32,800 nucleotides of DNA from an uncultured Candidatus Saccharibacteria bacterium (GTDB lineage: Bacteria; Patescibacteriota; Saccharimonadia; Saccharimonadales; UBA7683), in the NCBI GenBank assembly GCA_964621845.1, contig CAZUOL010000020.1:1-32800 (forward strand), written 5' to 3'. A program made the position numbers and the translations under genes. The notes under the pieces were generated by a model that did not search any database, was not told the DNA's origin, and was given only the letters and a program-made list of their open reading frames with translations. This document shows, one piece after another, positions 1 to 8,842 of this stretch; within the stretch, counting starts at the first letter, position 1, and every line of letters starts with the position of its first letter.

Positions 1-723
1 GCGGGTATAAAAAAAGGTCAGTTTTACTGTAAAGCCAGGTAAAAAAGTGGCGTAGGTAGGTGAAAGTGGCGAAGAAAAAACACCCATTTCTAATCTTTTG
101 CTCGGGCTGTATGATCCAACAAATGGGGATATACCATAGACGGCCAAAATATTGCCGAAGTAACTCAGGCGAGCTTACGTGAAAGTATCGCTGTGGTATT
201 TCAAGATCCGACACTGTTTAGTGGTACTGTACAAGAAAACATTGCATACGGTCGGCCTCGAGCAACTCAAAAAGAACTCATGAAAGCAGCCAAAGCGGCA
301 AATGCCTGGAGCTTTATACAGAAACTACCGAAGGGGCTCGATACATTAGTGGGCGAGCGTGGCATGAAGCTTTCGGGTGGTCAGAAGCAACGCATTGCCA
401 TCGCACGGGCGATCTTAAAAGATGCACCAATCTTGATACTTGACGAAGCGACCTCAAGCCTTGATAGCAAGGCAGAGCACGAGGTTCAGCTTGCGTTGGA
501 GCAGCTTATGAAAGGCCGTACCACGATTATTATTGCTCACCGACTTTCAACGATTGCGGATGTTGATGAGATTATCACCCTTAAAAATGGCAGGGTTGAT
601 GAAATTGGTACCCCGGCCAAGCTTTCTAAAACTGATGGCATCTATGCTCAACTGCTACAGTTGCAGAATCGGACTGATGAAAGCACTAAAAAGAAGCTCA
701 AAGCCTACGAAATATCCAGCTAG
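1..723 (+). pseudogene. ABC exporter ATP-binding domain (ABCB/MsbA-like NBD). The window starts inside the gene and the Walker-A region is disrupted.
   Basis: Frame 1 from 193 reads the ABC signature LSGGQKQRIAIARA, Walker B ILILDEATSSLD and H-loop IIIAHRLST. The Walker-A region is readable only in frame 2 (11-136: [40 protein letters not shown]). It has TAA at 8-10, TAG at 53-55, a 1-nt frame change near 131-138, and a P-loop reading GESGEEKT instead of GxxGxGK[ST]. Confidence 0.55.
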
Positions 724-725
724 GG

Positions 726-731
726 TATACT
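726..731 (+). promoter_or_regulatory. -10 box TATACT, 7 nt before ATG 739 (leaderless-type)
   Basis: GGGTATACTATTACAAATG. The GGTATA(TA)CT context recurs at 1277-1286 and 7202-7211. Confidence 0.4.
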
Positions 732-738
732 ATTACAA

Positions 739-1266
739 ATGAATATACTGGTTACAGGCGCACCTGGCTCGGGAAAGACCTTTCTAGTGAACTATGCACG
801 TAAGAATGGTCAACAAATATTCATTGATACTGATGATGTCGAGGGGTTGTGTGAGTGGCGAAAATATAAAACAGGTGAACTCGTTGGCCCTGTGGAGACA
901 GTAAGCCCAACAGGTGGTGAAACGTGGTACAAGACTAGCGGATGGTATTGGAATGAGCATAAATTAAAGGAACTAATTGACAAGCCCGGGGATTGTGCGG
1001 TTTGCGGTTCTGCAGATAACATAATGGACTTCTATCCTCTTTTCGACAAGATAGTCCTGCTTTATAAAAATACAGACGATCTTATAAGTAATTTGATGCA
1101 GCCTGGCAGAGAGCAGCCAAACGGTAGGGACCCAGCTCATCATGCAAGGCTGCTTAAATGGCAAGAGCACCTCTTGGAAACTTCGCAAAAATATCACCCT
1201 GTCATTATTGTTGACAATAATATTGGAACCATTTTTGAAAAAATAAGTCGCTTATTCAGAGATTAA
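739..1266 (+). CDS. P-loop NTPase of unknown specificity (small kinase/AAA-like)
   Basis: N-terminal Walker A in MNILVTGAPGSGKTF. The 175-aa ORF fills the gap between its neighbours. No further motif recognised. Confidence 0.6.
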   Translation: MNILVTGAPGSGKTFLVNYARKNGQQIFIDTDDVEGLCEWRKYKTGELVGPVETVSPTGGETWYKTSGWYWNEHKLKELIDKPGDCAVCGSADNIMDFYPLFDKIVLLYKNTDDLISNLMQPGREQPNGRDPAHHARLLKWQEHLLETSQKYHPVIIVDNNIGTIFEKISRLFRD

Positions 1267-1280
1267 TTTAAAGAAGGGTA

Positions 1281-1286
1281 TATACT
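1281..1286 (+). promoter_or_regulatory. -10 box TATACT, 6 nt before ATG 1293 (leaderless-type)
   Basis: GGGTATATACTTTAATTATG. Confidence 0.4.
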
Positions 1287-1292
1287 TTAATT

Positions 1293-1745
1293 ATGGATGT
1301 AGAAAAAATTGTTCGAGAATATATCAATAAAACCGTGCATATGTCTTTGGCGACCGTAAATGATAACAAACCGTGGGTCTGTGAAGTCCACTTTGCATAC
1401 GATGAAGACCTGAATTTGTACTTTGTTTCTAAGCAGTCAACTCGTCATTGTCAGGAAATTGCGTTAAATTCAGCGGTGGCCGGTAATATTGTGCGAACTC
1501 ATGAGCTCAGTGAGCTGCCACACGGTATATATTTTGAAGGTACGGCACAAATGTTGGCATCTGCTTCAGACCAAGAAGTGAAGCGCTACTGTGATCGAAT
1601 GGGGAGGAATTCTGACGAAGTGTCCAAGCAGTTGAAAGAAGATGGTGGGCGTAGAATGTATAAAATAACAGTTAAAAACTGGGCTGCGTTTGGCAAATTC
1701 GATGGTGAAATACTTCAAAAATACGAACTCGAATGGAATAAATAG
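1293..1745 (+). CDS. Pyridoxamine 5'-phosphate oxidase-like FMN-binding split-barrel family protein
   Basis: N-terminal pattern VHMSLATVNDNKPWVCEVHFAYDEDLNLYFVSKQSTRH is typical of the PNPOx-like / general stress protein 26 family. Size is 150 aa. Confidence 0.6.
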   Translation: MDVEKIVREYINKTVHMSLATVNDNKPWVCEVHFAYDEDLNLYFVSKQSTRHCQEIALNSAVAGNIVRTHELSELPHGIYFEGTAQMLASASDQEVKRYCDRMGRNSDEVSKQLKEDGGRRMYKITVKNWAAFGKFDGEILQKYELEWNK

Positions 1746-1853
1746 ATAACGAAAAGTTTTGCGGTAATGTCAAGACTTGTATAGTGAAATTTGTGGGAGT
1801 ATATTTGAAAGTACGCTGATCAAAAATCAGATAGGTGGAGGGTAAAAATTTAT

Positions 1854-2393
1854 ATGGCAAAGAAGGAAGGCCGCGCCCAGCGGGTGGCCATTATTCTCAT
1901 CGGTGTTTTGTTTTTGGCGACGACAGTCGGCGGTATTGTGGTGAACATTATGCAGAATAATGAGCAGGTGCAACAAGATCAACAGTTGCAGGAGCTTTTG
2001 AAACAGCAACAGGCGCAGCAGCAGAAAGCAGCGCCAACGAAAAAGGCCAAGGATGCCTATATTCCGAAAGGTGAAGTCAAAAAACTCCAGATTATCGATT
2101 TGAAAACCGGCACAGGTGCAACGGTGAAAAAAGATGACACGGTCACGGTTGCGTATCGGGGCACGTTGGCCTCAGATGGCACCATATTTGATGAAAGTAA
2201 AAAAGCAACCTTTGGGCTGGATCAGGTCATTAAGGGTTGGCAAGAAGGCATCCCGGGCATGAAAGTTGGTGGCAAGCGGCGGTTGGTTATTCCTGCTGAT
2301 ATGGCTTATGGTGATCAAGCCCAGAATGGCATTCCTGCAAACTCGGCGTTAGTGTTTGATATCACATTAAGGGCTATAGGAGGTGGGCAGTAA
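1854..2393 (+). CDS. Membrane-anchored FKBP-type peptidyl-prolyl cis-trans isomerase
   Basis: FKBP core: VTVAYRGTLASDGTIFDES...GLDQVIKGWQEGIPGMKVGGKRRLVIPADMAYG...IPANSALVFDITL. N-terminal TM helix VAIILIGVLFLATTVGGIVV followed by a Q-rich linker. SD GGTGGAGGG lies upstream. Confidence 0.9.
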   Translation: MAKKEGRAQRVAIILIGVLFLATTVGGIVVNIMQNNEQVQQDQQLQELLKQQQAQQQKAAPTKKAKDAYIPKGEVKKLQIIDLKTGTGATVKKDDTVTVAYRGTLASDGTIFDESKKATFGLDQVIKGWQEGIPGMKVGGKRRLVIPADMAYGDQAQNGIPANSALVFDITLRAIGGGQ

Positions 2394-2420
2394 AATAAAC
2401 AACATATATAGCGTAGTGTA

Positions 2421-2449
2421 TTGACAGCACTACACCATAAGCGTAATGT
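2421..2449 (+). promoter_or_regulatory. Sigma70-type promoter TTGACA-17 nt-TAATGT for the redoxin/trxB unit
   Basis: TTGACA at 2421-2426, a 17-nt spacer, TAATGT at 2444-2449, then SD GAAAGGG before ATG 2488. Confidence 0.4.
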
Positions 2450-2487
2450 AAACATAAGCGTTAAAACAAAATAGAAAGGGACATAAA

Positions 2488-2739
2488 ATGTCTAAAAAAG
2501 TTACAATTTATACTTCAAACACGTGCGGTCAGTGCAAAATGGTCAAGAAAGTTTTGGCTATGAAGGGCGCACAGTATGATGAGGTGAACATTGATGAATC
2601 ACCAGAACGCCACGCTGAAATTATGCAGCTGAGTGGCCAGGTGCGCGTTCCCGTTACAGTGGTTCATGACGACACTACAGACAACCAGCAGGTTATTGTT
2701 GGTTATAATGTAGGCCAGCTTATTCCTGCGCTTGTTTAA
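2488..2739 (+). CDS. Glutaredoxin-family small redoxin (NrdH-like)
   Basis: 83 aa with CxxC motif in TIYTSNTCGQCKMVKKVL and a VPVTVV strand, which is the thioredoxin-fold glutaredoxin/NrdH pattern. Sits directly upstream of trxB. Confidence 0.8.
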   Translation: MSKKVTIYTSNTCGQCKMVKKVLAMKGAQYDEVNIDESPERHAEIMQLSGQVRVPVTVVHDDTTDNQQVIVGYNVGQLIPALV

Positions 2740-2792
2740 ATTCATTGCAAAAACAGCTACACTGGTAGAAGAGAAAATCTACGGGAGTTATT

Positions 2793-3746
2793 TTGGGTAA
2801 CACAAAAGTACATGATGTGATAATGATTGGCGCTGGCCCTTCTGCGCTGGCAGCAGCTATTTATACGACGCGTGAAGATATTGAAACCGTGCTGATTGAA
2901 AAGGGTGTTGTTGGCGGCCTGGCTGCCATCACTGACCAAGTCGACAATTATCCCGGGTTCGAGGAGGGCGTAACCGGCCTTGCGCTTGCTGAAAAACTAG
3001 AGAAACAAGCTGAGCGCTTTGGAGCCCAGATCGAATACGACGAAGTGGCAGGGATAGAGCAAGGCGATAAAGGCGCTATTGTGGTGCGTACCTTTGGTGG
3101 TGATAAAAAAGCCAAAGCAGTTTTAATTTCCACAGGGAGCGATTATAAAAAAATTGGAGTGCCCGGTGAAGAGGAGTTTTATGGGCGCGGCGTACACTAC
3201 TGTGCCACGTGTGACGGAGCATTTTATCGAGGTAAAAAACTTGCAGTAGTAGGTGGAGGAAACTCTGCGGTGCAAGAAGCACTCTTTTTGACGCGCTTTA
3301 CCACGCACATCGATTTATTAGTGCGTTCAAAATTGCGAGCAAGCGAAGTGCTGCAAAAAGAACTGCAGAAAGCCGTGCATGAAGGTAAAATAACCGTTCA
3401 TCTTGGCGCGGTTACCGATGAAATTGTCGGCAAAGATAACCTGGTAGAAAAAGTTTTGGTTACGCAAAATGGCAATAAAAAAGAGTTTAAAGTAGACGGG
3501 GTGTTTATATTTGTTGGCTTGTTGCCAAATACTCAGTTCTTGGCTGATTCAACAATTGAGCTTGATGAGGTCGGCTTTATTAAAACAGATGCGAACTTGA
3601 TGACTAAAATTCCAGGTGTGTTTGCCAGTGGCGATGTTCGGAGTGGCGCGACTATGCAGATTGCCTCAGCAGTCGGCGAAGGCGCCACAGCTGCTTTAAA
3701 GATTCGCGAATACCTAGAGGGCCGAGAAGCCCACCCCCAAGACTAG
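2793..3746 (+). CDS. trxB: Thioredoxin-disulfide reductase
   Basis: FAD site IGAGPSALAAAIY, redox-active CATCDG, NADPH site VVGGGNSAVQEALFL, and FASGDV. TTG start with GGGAG 6 nt upstream. Confidence 0.92.
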   Translation: MGNTKVHDVIMIGAGPSALAAAIYTTREDIETVLIEKGVVGGLAAITDQVDNYPGFEEGVTGLALAEKLEKQAERFGAQIEYDEVAGIEQGDKGAIVVRTFGGDKKAKAVLISTGSDYKKIGVPGEEEFYGRGVHYCATCDGAFYRGKKLAVVGGGNSAVQEALFLTRFTTHIDLLVRSKLRASEVLQKELQKAVHEGKITVHLGAVTDEIVGKDNLVEKVLVTQNGNKKEFKVDGVFIFVGLLPNTQFLADSTIELDEVGFIKTDANLMTKIPGVFASGDVRSGATMQIASAVGEGATAALKIREYLEGREAHPQD

Positions 3747-3763
3747 TCGATAGTGTGTAGTCT

Positions 3764-3793
3764 TTGTCATTCTGAACTTGATTCAGAATCCAG
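3764..3793 (+). repeat. REP-like hairpin element, copy 1
   Basis: TTGTCATTCTGAACTTGATTCAGAATCCAG with stem ATTCTGAA/TTCAGAAT (3769-3776 / 3782-3789). An inverted near-identical copy lies at 7227-7256. Confidence 0.6.
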
Positions 3794-3805
3794 AATAGCT
3801 TATTT

Positions 3806-3829
3806 ACCGCTTTTGGCAGCAAAAGCGGT
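3806..3829. terminator. 9-bp hairpin ACCGCTTTT-GGCAGC-AAAAGCGGT downstream of trxB. Possible terminator, but there is no clear U-tract.
   Basis: Perfect inverted repeat at 3806-3814 / 3821-3829, 60 nt after the trxB stop. Confidence 0.3.
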
Positions 3830-4053
3830 GTAAAACTGCTCAAGCAGGACAAAAATCGTCATGTAAATTTAAAACAAAAAACTGCGCCAAAACAATGCTA
3901 AAGCAGTCTCTCGCTACTAACATAACTACTTGCTCGAGACGAGTTTTGGCTTAATTCAGCTTTTTATCTATAAATTTACTGGATTTTTGATGCTTGAGGA
4001 TAAACACGGCTTTTAGGTGGTTGGATAACGTTTGAGTGATTTAAAAAAATCTG

Positions 4054-4062
4054 TGCTATTAT
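4054..4062 (+). promoter_or_regulatory. Extended -10 TGcTATTAT, 8 nt before ATG 4071
   Basis: GTGCTATTATCAATGTATATGG. Confidence 0.35.
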
Positions 4063-4070
4063 CAATGTAT

Positions 4071-4313
4071 ATGGCTGATCAAGAAAAGCGTGAAGTCCCT
4101 CAGGAAGGTCCAAGCTTTGTCGAGAGAGAAGCTGAGACTCTACGTGACGGTGCCTTTGTTGTTGGTGTAGGAGCTATTGTTATTGCTGCTGTGGCGGAAT
4201 CCCCAAAGCTTGCCGTACTAGGCCTTGCTACAACTGCTGCTGGTCTGGCGTATGAAGGACTTAGGCGCTTTATGCACCATCATAGAACCAACGAGACAAT
4301 ACCATCCGAATAG
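4071..4313 (+). CDS. Small two-TM membrane protein, function unknown
   Basis: Hydrophobic segments AFVVGVGAIVIAAVA and LAVLGLATTAAGLAY. The ORF track starts at TTG 4032. ATG 4065 or 4071 is preferred, and 4071 fits the -10 spacing. Confidence 0.4.
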   Translation: MADQEKREVPQEGPSFVEREAETLRDGAFVVGVGAIVIAAVAESPKLAVLGLATTAAGLAYEGLRRFMHHHRTNETIPSE

Positions 4314-4317
4314 ACCA

Positions 4318-4875
4318 ATGTCAGGTTTAGAAATAGTTCAGGTTGGGGATCGGGTATTACGCCAAAAGGCCAAAAAGTTAACAAGCTCTCAGATAAAATC
4401 TACCGAAATTCAAGAGCTTATAAAAGCTATGAAATCACTTGCGAAAAGTGGAAAGTATGGGGTAGGGTTAGCGGCACCGCAAGTTGGCGAGAGCTTGGCT
4501 CTTTCAGTTATTACGATTCGCCCAACGCCGAGCCATCCGGGGCGGGAGACCTTCGAGGCAGTCATTATCAACCCTGTTGTAACCAAATACATCGGCAAAC
4601 CTGTACCCAAATGGGAAGGTTGTATGAGTTTTGGCTCAAACGAATCGCCATTGTTTGCGCAATCAGAGCGCTACGAAGAAATAACGGTTACCTATCTCGA
4701 CGAACAAGGCAACAAACACAAAGAAACGTTAGATGGATTCAAGGCTCACGTTTTTCAGCATGAAATCGATCACCTCAATGGGATTTTATTTGTGGATAGA
4801 ATAACCGACTCAAAAACATGGATGGGTGCCGAACAGTACAAAAAGATGTTAGCAGCACAAAGTACAACTAAATAA
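4318..4875 (+). CDS. def: Peptide deformylase
   Basis: All three motifs are present: GVGLAAPQVG, EGCMS and HEIDHLNG. ATG 4318 gives a normal N-terminus (MSGLEIVQVGDRVLRQKA). The track's longer ORF from 4225 overlaps the upstream gene. Confidence 0.92.
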   Translation: MSGLEIVQVGDRVLRQKAKKLTSSQIKSTEIQELIKAMKSLAKSGKYGVGLAAPQVGESLALSVITIRPTPSHPGRETFEAVIINPVVTKYIGKPVPKWEGCMSFGSNESPLFAQSERYEEITVTYLDEQGNKHKETLDGFKAHVFQHEIDHLNGILFVDRITDSKTWMGAEQYKKMLAAQSTTK

Positions 4876-4927
4876 TCTGATACAATAGATTCGGATCATT
4901 AATCTTTCAATGAACGTAGGAGTGCAA

Positions 4928-5458
4928 ATGGCAGACTTTAATGAAGTATATGAAACGGGTGATGTTGATGGTGGTGTCATCAATGTAGTGAACGAAATTG
5001 GCGTGGGCTCAAAGTTGAAAATAGAATGGAATCGTAAAAAGAAGGCTTTTGAGCTTGATCGGGTTGAGCCTGGTATCTTTGCGAAGCCTTGTAATTACGG
5101 TTTTATCCCCCAGACGCTCGATGAAGACGGTGACGAATTGGATGTGCTCTGCATCTGCGATGAAGCAATTCCAACTGGCGTAGCTTTTGAAGCCCAGATT
5201 ATTGGCATCATGAATTTTGAAGATGATGACGAGATGGACCACAAAGTTGTTGTTGTGCCAGCGGATGATCGTCATACCGGCGATGCTATAAAAACACTAA
5301 AAGACATCCCTGAGCAATGGTTCAAGCAGGTAGAGCACCACTTTAATCACTATAAAGATCTCAAAAAACCAGGTTCAACTAAGGTGCTGGGCTGGGGCGA
5401 CGCCGAAGAGGCAAAGGCAACGATTAAAGAATGCCAAACTCGCTGGAATGAACAATAA
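4928..5458 (+). CDS. ppa: Inorganic pyrophosphatase (family I)
   Basis: NYGFIPQTLDEDGDELDVL and DHKVVVVPADD motifs. AGGAG lies 5 nt before ATG 4928, so this is preferred over ATG 4910. Confidence 0.9.
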   Translation: MADFNEVYETGDVDGGVINVVNEIGVGSKLKIEWNRKKKAFELDRVEPGIFAKPCNYGFIPQTLDEDGDELDVLCICDEAIPTGVAFEAQIIGIMNFEDDDEMDHKVVVVPADDRHTGDAIKTLKDIPEQWFKQVEHHFNHYKDLKKPGSTKVLGWGDAEEAKATIKECQTRWNEQ

Positions 5459-6089
5459 TAAGTACAATCCGAAGCATTGGCAAAAAAGACTACCACAATA
5501 CCTTTCCGAAAATTGGTCTAAGCTGCCTTCGCCTTTTGCAAAACAGACGGTAAAGTATTTAAAAGATGGTGCAAAAGTTTTAGAGCTTGGTGCCGGTGCT
5601 GCTCAAGATGGCCTTTGGTTCGAATCTTCAGGGTATGATGTCACGATTTCAGATGGCGATGATGTTGCGTTTAACGAAATTCAAGCAAGGTCAGTGACCA
5701 GTAAAAGGCCAGTTCTCGTTGATATTACAAAACCATTGCCTTTTGAAGACAATAGTTTTGATGCTGTGTACGCACAGCTGGTGCTGCATTATTTTGATGA
5801 TGAAACAATGCATCAAATTATCAAGGAAATCGAGCGGGTCTTAAAGCCTGGCGGCATCTTCTCCTGTATGGTGAATTCACTTGACGACCCTGAATATGAC
5901 GAAACGCTTGAAAATGCTTCGGGTCTTATAAATGTTGACGGCCTGATTAAGCGTTACTTCACTTTAGATTCTTTTGCCCCGTTTGTTTCAACTTTCAGAC
6001 CGCTGTTATTTGATAATAAAGGCCGCCATCCCAAAGATGATGCTAAGGGCAACGTTGGGATGATACGGTTTATCGGAGTATTAAGATAA
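5448..6089 (+). CDS. Class I SAM-dependent methyltransferase
   Basis: Motif I VLELGAGAAQDG, acidic loop DVTISDGD and post-I motif LKPGGIF. Overlaps ppa by 11 nt. Confidence 0.8.
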   Translation: MNNNKYNPKHWQKRLPQYLSENWSKLPSPFAKQTVKYLKDGAKVLELGAGAAQDGLWFESSGYDVTISDGDDVAFNEIQARSVTSKRPVLVDITKPLPFEDNSFDAVYAQLVLHYFDDETMHQIIKEIERVLKPGGIFSCMVNSLDDPEYDETLENASGLINVDGLIKRYFTLDSFAPFVSTFRPLLFDNKGRHPKDDAKGNVGMIRFIGVLR

Positions 6090-6664
6090 TGGCAAAATTG
6101 GTTCCAGCATCAGACGAGGTGATTGCCTATCAGGGCAAGATGCTTGAAATTGTGAACCAAGAAATGACCACAGGTTCAAAAAATATAACCTTCGAGTGGG
6201 CACGCCGCGCGCCAGGCATACGCTTAATTTTGGTAAACAACAAAGATCGAACAATCCTACTGACCAAAGAGCATCGATATGAGATAGGTGCTGATGACTT
6301 TCGATTGCCTGGCGGCAAGGTCTTCGATTCGTTGAAAGAATATAACGAATTTCTGAAATCAGGTAAAGTCATTCTAGGGCCAGCCACAAAAAAAGCTCAC
6401 GAAGAATCAGAAGAGGAGGCTGGCGTTCACCTCAAGACTGTTGATCACTTCCATACTTCAATTTGTGGCACAACTGTTCAATGGGATCTCATCTATTTTG
6501 TCTCTGAAAATTGGACCAGACAAAGCCAAAAGCCTGAAGACGGCGAAGAGATAGAAATAGTAGAAGCTTCCTTTGAAGAGGCTCGCAAGATGGCATTAGA
6601 TGGCCGAATAGGCGAAGAGAGATCTGCACTCGTGTTACTCCGCTACTTGTCATCTGTTGGCTAG
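6089..6664 (+). CDS. Nudix hydrolase with an atypical, insertion-containing Nudix box
   Basis: LPGGKV...(long insert)...KKAHEESEEEAGV resembles GX5EX7REUXEEXGU, with His in place of Arg. The start overlaps the upstream stop (TAATG). Confidence 0.7.
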   Translation: MAKLVPASDEVIAYQGKMLEIVNQEMTTGSKNITFEWARRAPGIRLILVNNKDRTILLTKEHRYEIGADDFRLPGGKVFDSLKEYNEFLKSGKVILGPATKKAHEESEEEAGVHLKTVDHFHTSICGTTVQWDLIYFVSENWTRQSQKPEDGEEIEIVEASFEEARKMALDGRIGEERSALVLLRYLSSVG

Positions 6665-7199
6665 GCTGTTACAGTACTCACTTGTGAGTACTTCTGATAA
6701 AGAGTGGCATGAAGGAGTTGTGCGTCGTTCGCCACGGGGAAACCTCTGGGTGGCAAAACTTATAGTACAATCTTCGACCACCGGAAGGATACTTTACCTG
6801 AAGACAAAGCCACGCTTTGAGCACGACAGGGCAAGCAGGCCAGATTTTCCGGGTGGTTATGTGGACGATACAGGTTCACGGCGAGGTCTGGCAGAAGAAC
6901 CCCAAGATACCGCACGTCGAGAAGCAATTGAAGAAACAAAATTTGAAGAAATAACAGCGCCATTGCATCTTCATACACAAGTTGGCGCTCGCTCCACCGG
7001 CGGACTGCCAATTGATATAGAATGGTTTTTATCTCATATTTCTGGGGAGCCAGTGCCAACCTTAAATGATCATGAACATATTGATTCATGGTGGGATCAT
7101 GCTGAGCACGCACCGGCCATATTTGGTGTCTCAGCGTTGGCAGTAGGCATGCAGGCTATTTTGACATTACATGCAAACAGGTTGCGAACCGGAGCTTAA
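6657..7199 (+). CDS. Second Nudix-family hydrolase (divergent Nudix box); start uncertain
   Basis: FPGGYVDD...TARREAIEETKF. There is no in-frame ATG near the 5' end, so candidates are TTG 6657 (8-nt overlap with the previous gene) or GTG 6684. Confidence 0.55.
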   Translation: MARLLQYSLVSTSDKEWHEGVVRRSPRGNLWVAKLIVQSSTTGRILYLKTKPRFEHDRASRPDFPGGYVDDTGSRRGLAEEPQDTARREAIEETKFEEITAPLHLHTQVGARSTGGLPIDIEWFLSHISGEPVPTLNDHEHIDSWWDHAEHAPAIFGVSALAVGMQAILTLHANRLRTGA

Positions 7200-7205
7200 G
7201 CGGTA

Positions 7206-7211
7206 TATACT
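7206..7211 (+). promoter_or_regulatory. -10 box TATACT upstream of gap; gives a roughly 55-nt leader
   Basis: CGGTATATACTATAC shares the GGTATA(TA)CT context of the promoters at 726 and 1281. Confidence 0.35.
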
Positions 7212-7221
7212 ATACACATAA

Positions 7222-8298
<1,077 letters not shown>

Positions 8299-8354
8299 GC
8301 ACACCAAATACTGCTTTGGTTTCGTTTCATCTGAGCCGCAATAAGAAGGGGGAC

Positions 8355-8371
8355 TCTGAGTCCATCTCAGA
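8355..8371 (+). promoter_or_regulatory. 6-bp hairpin between a G-rich SD-like run and the rpiB start
   Basis: TCTGAG-tccat-CTCAGA. GGGGG at 8348-8352 is 27 nt from ATG 8380 in linear sequence, or about 10 nt if the hairpin is folded out. Confidence 0.2.
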
Positions 8372-8379
8372 ATAACGAC

Positions 8380-8826
8380 ATGAAGATATACGCAGGATCT
8401 GATCATGGTGGCTTCGATTTAAAGCAGATGCTGGTCCATTATCTCGACAAAAAACGTGGCTATGATGTCGAAGATGTCGGCGATACTGCACCTGACCCAC
8501 AAGATGATTACCCGCAGTTTGCTCAAAAAGCTTGCCATAAACTGCTTACCAGCGAAGACGACGAACCGCGCGCCATTTTAATATGTCGTGGGGGTCAGGG
8601 TATGAGTATGGCAGCCAACCGATTCAAGGGGATAAGAGCTGCAGTGTGCTGGGATCATGAATCAGCACGTAAGGCACGCGAAGATAATGATAGTAATGTA
8701 CTTTGTTTGCCAGCTGATCAGCTTTCAGTGCAAGAAGTGAAAGATATTGTTGAAACATGGCTTGAAACACCTTTTTCTCGAGCTGCTCGTCATTCGCGCC
8801 GGATTCAAGAGCTCGATCAGTTCTAG
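8380..8826 (+). CDS. rpiB: Ribose-5-phosphate isomerase B
   Basis: MKIYAGSDHGGFDLK, ILICRGGQGMSMAANR and NVLCLPA are typical of the RpiB/LacAB family. Confidence 0.9.
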   Translation: MKIYAGSDHGGFDLKQMLVHYLDKKRGYDVEDVGDTAPDPQDDYPQFAQKACHKLLTSEDDEPRAILICRGGQGMSMAANRFKGIRAAVCWDHESARKAREDNDSNVLCLPADQLSVQEVKDIVETWLETPFSRAARHSRRIQELDQF

Positions 8827-8827
8827 G

Positions 8828-8836
8828 TGGTACAAT
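8828..8836 (+). promoter_or_regulatory. Extended -10 TGgTACAAT, 6 nt before ATG 8843 (leaderless-type)
   Basis: GGTGGTACAATAGCAGTATGG. Confidence 0.45.
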
Positions 8837-8842
8837 AGCAGT

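Noticed and set aside
533-742. 69-aa alternative-frame ORF over the 3' end of the ABC gene
   Set aside because: It overlaps the conserved Walker B/H-loop coding frame and shows no independent signals.
3840-4031. Small RNA or sORFs in the AT-rich spacer upstream of the small membrane protein gene (a 19-codon plus-strand frame and a 27-codon minus-strand frame)
   Set aside because: No promoter or terminator brackets them, no convincing structure is present, and the frames are very short. The region is more simply a promoter or spacer.
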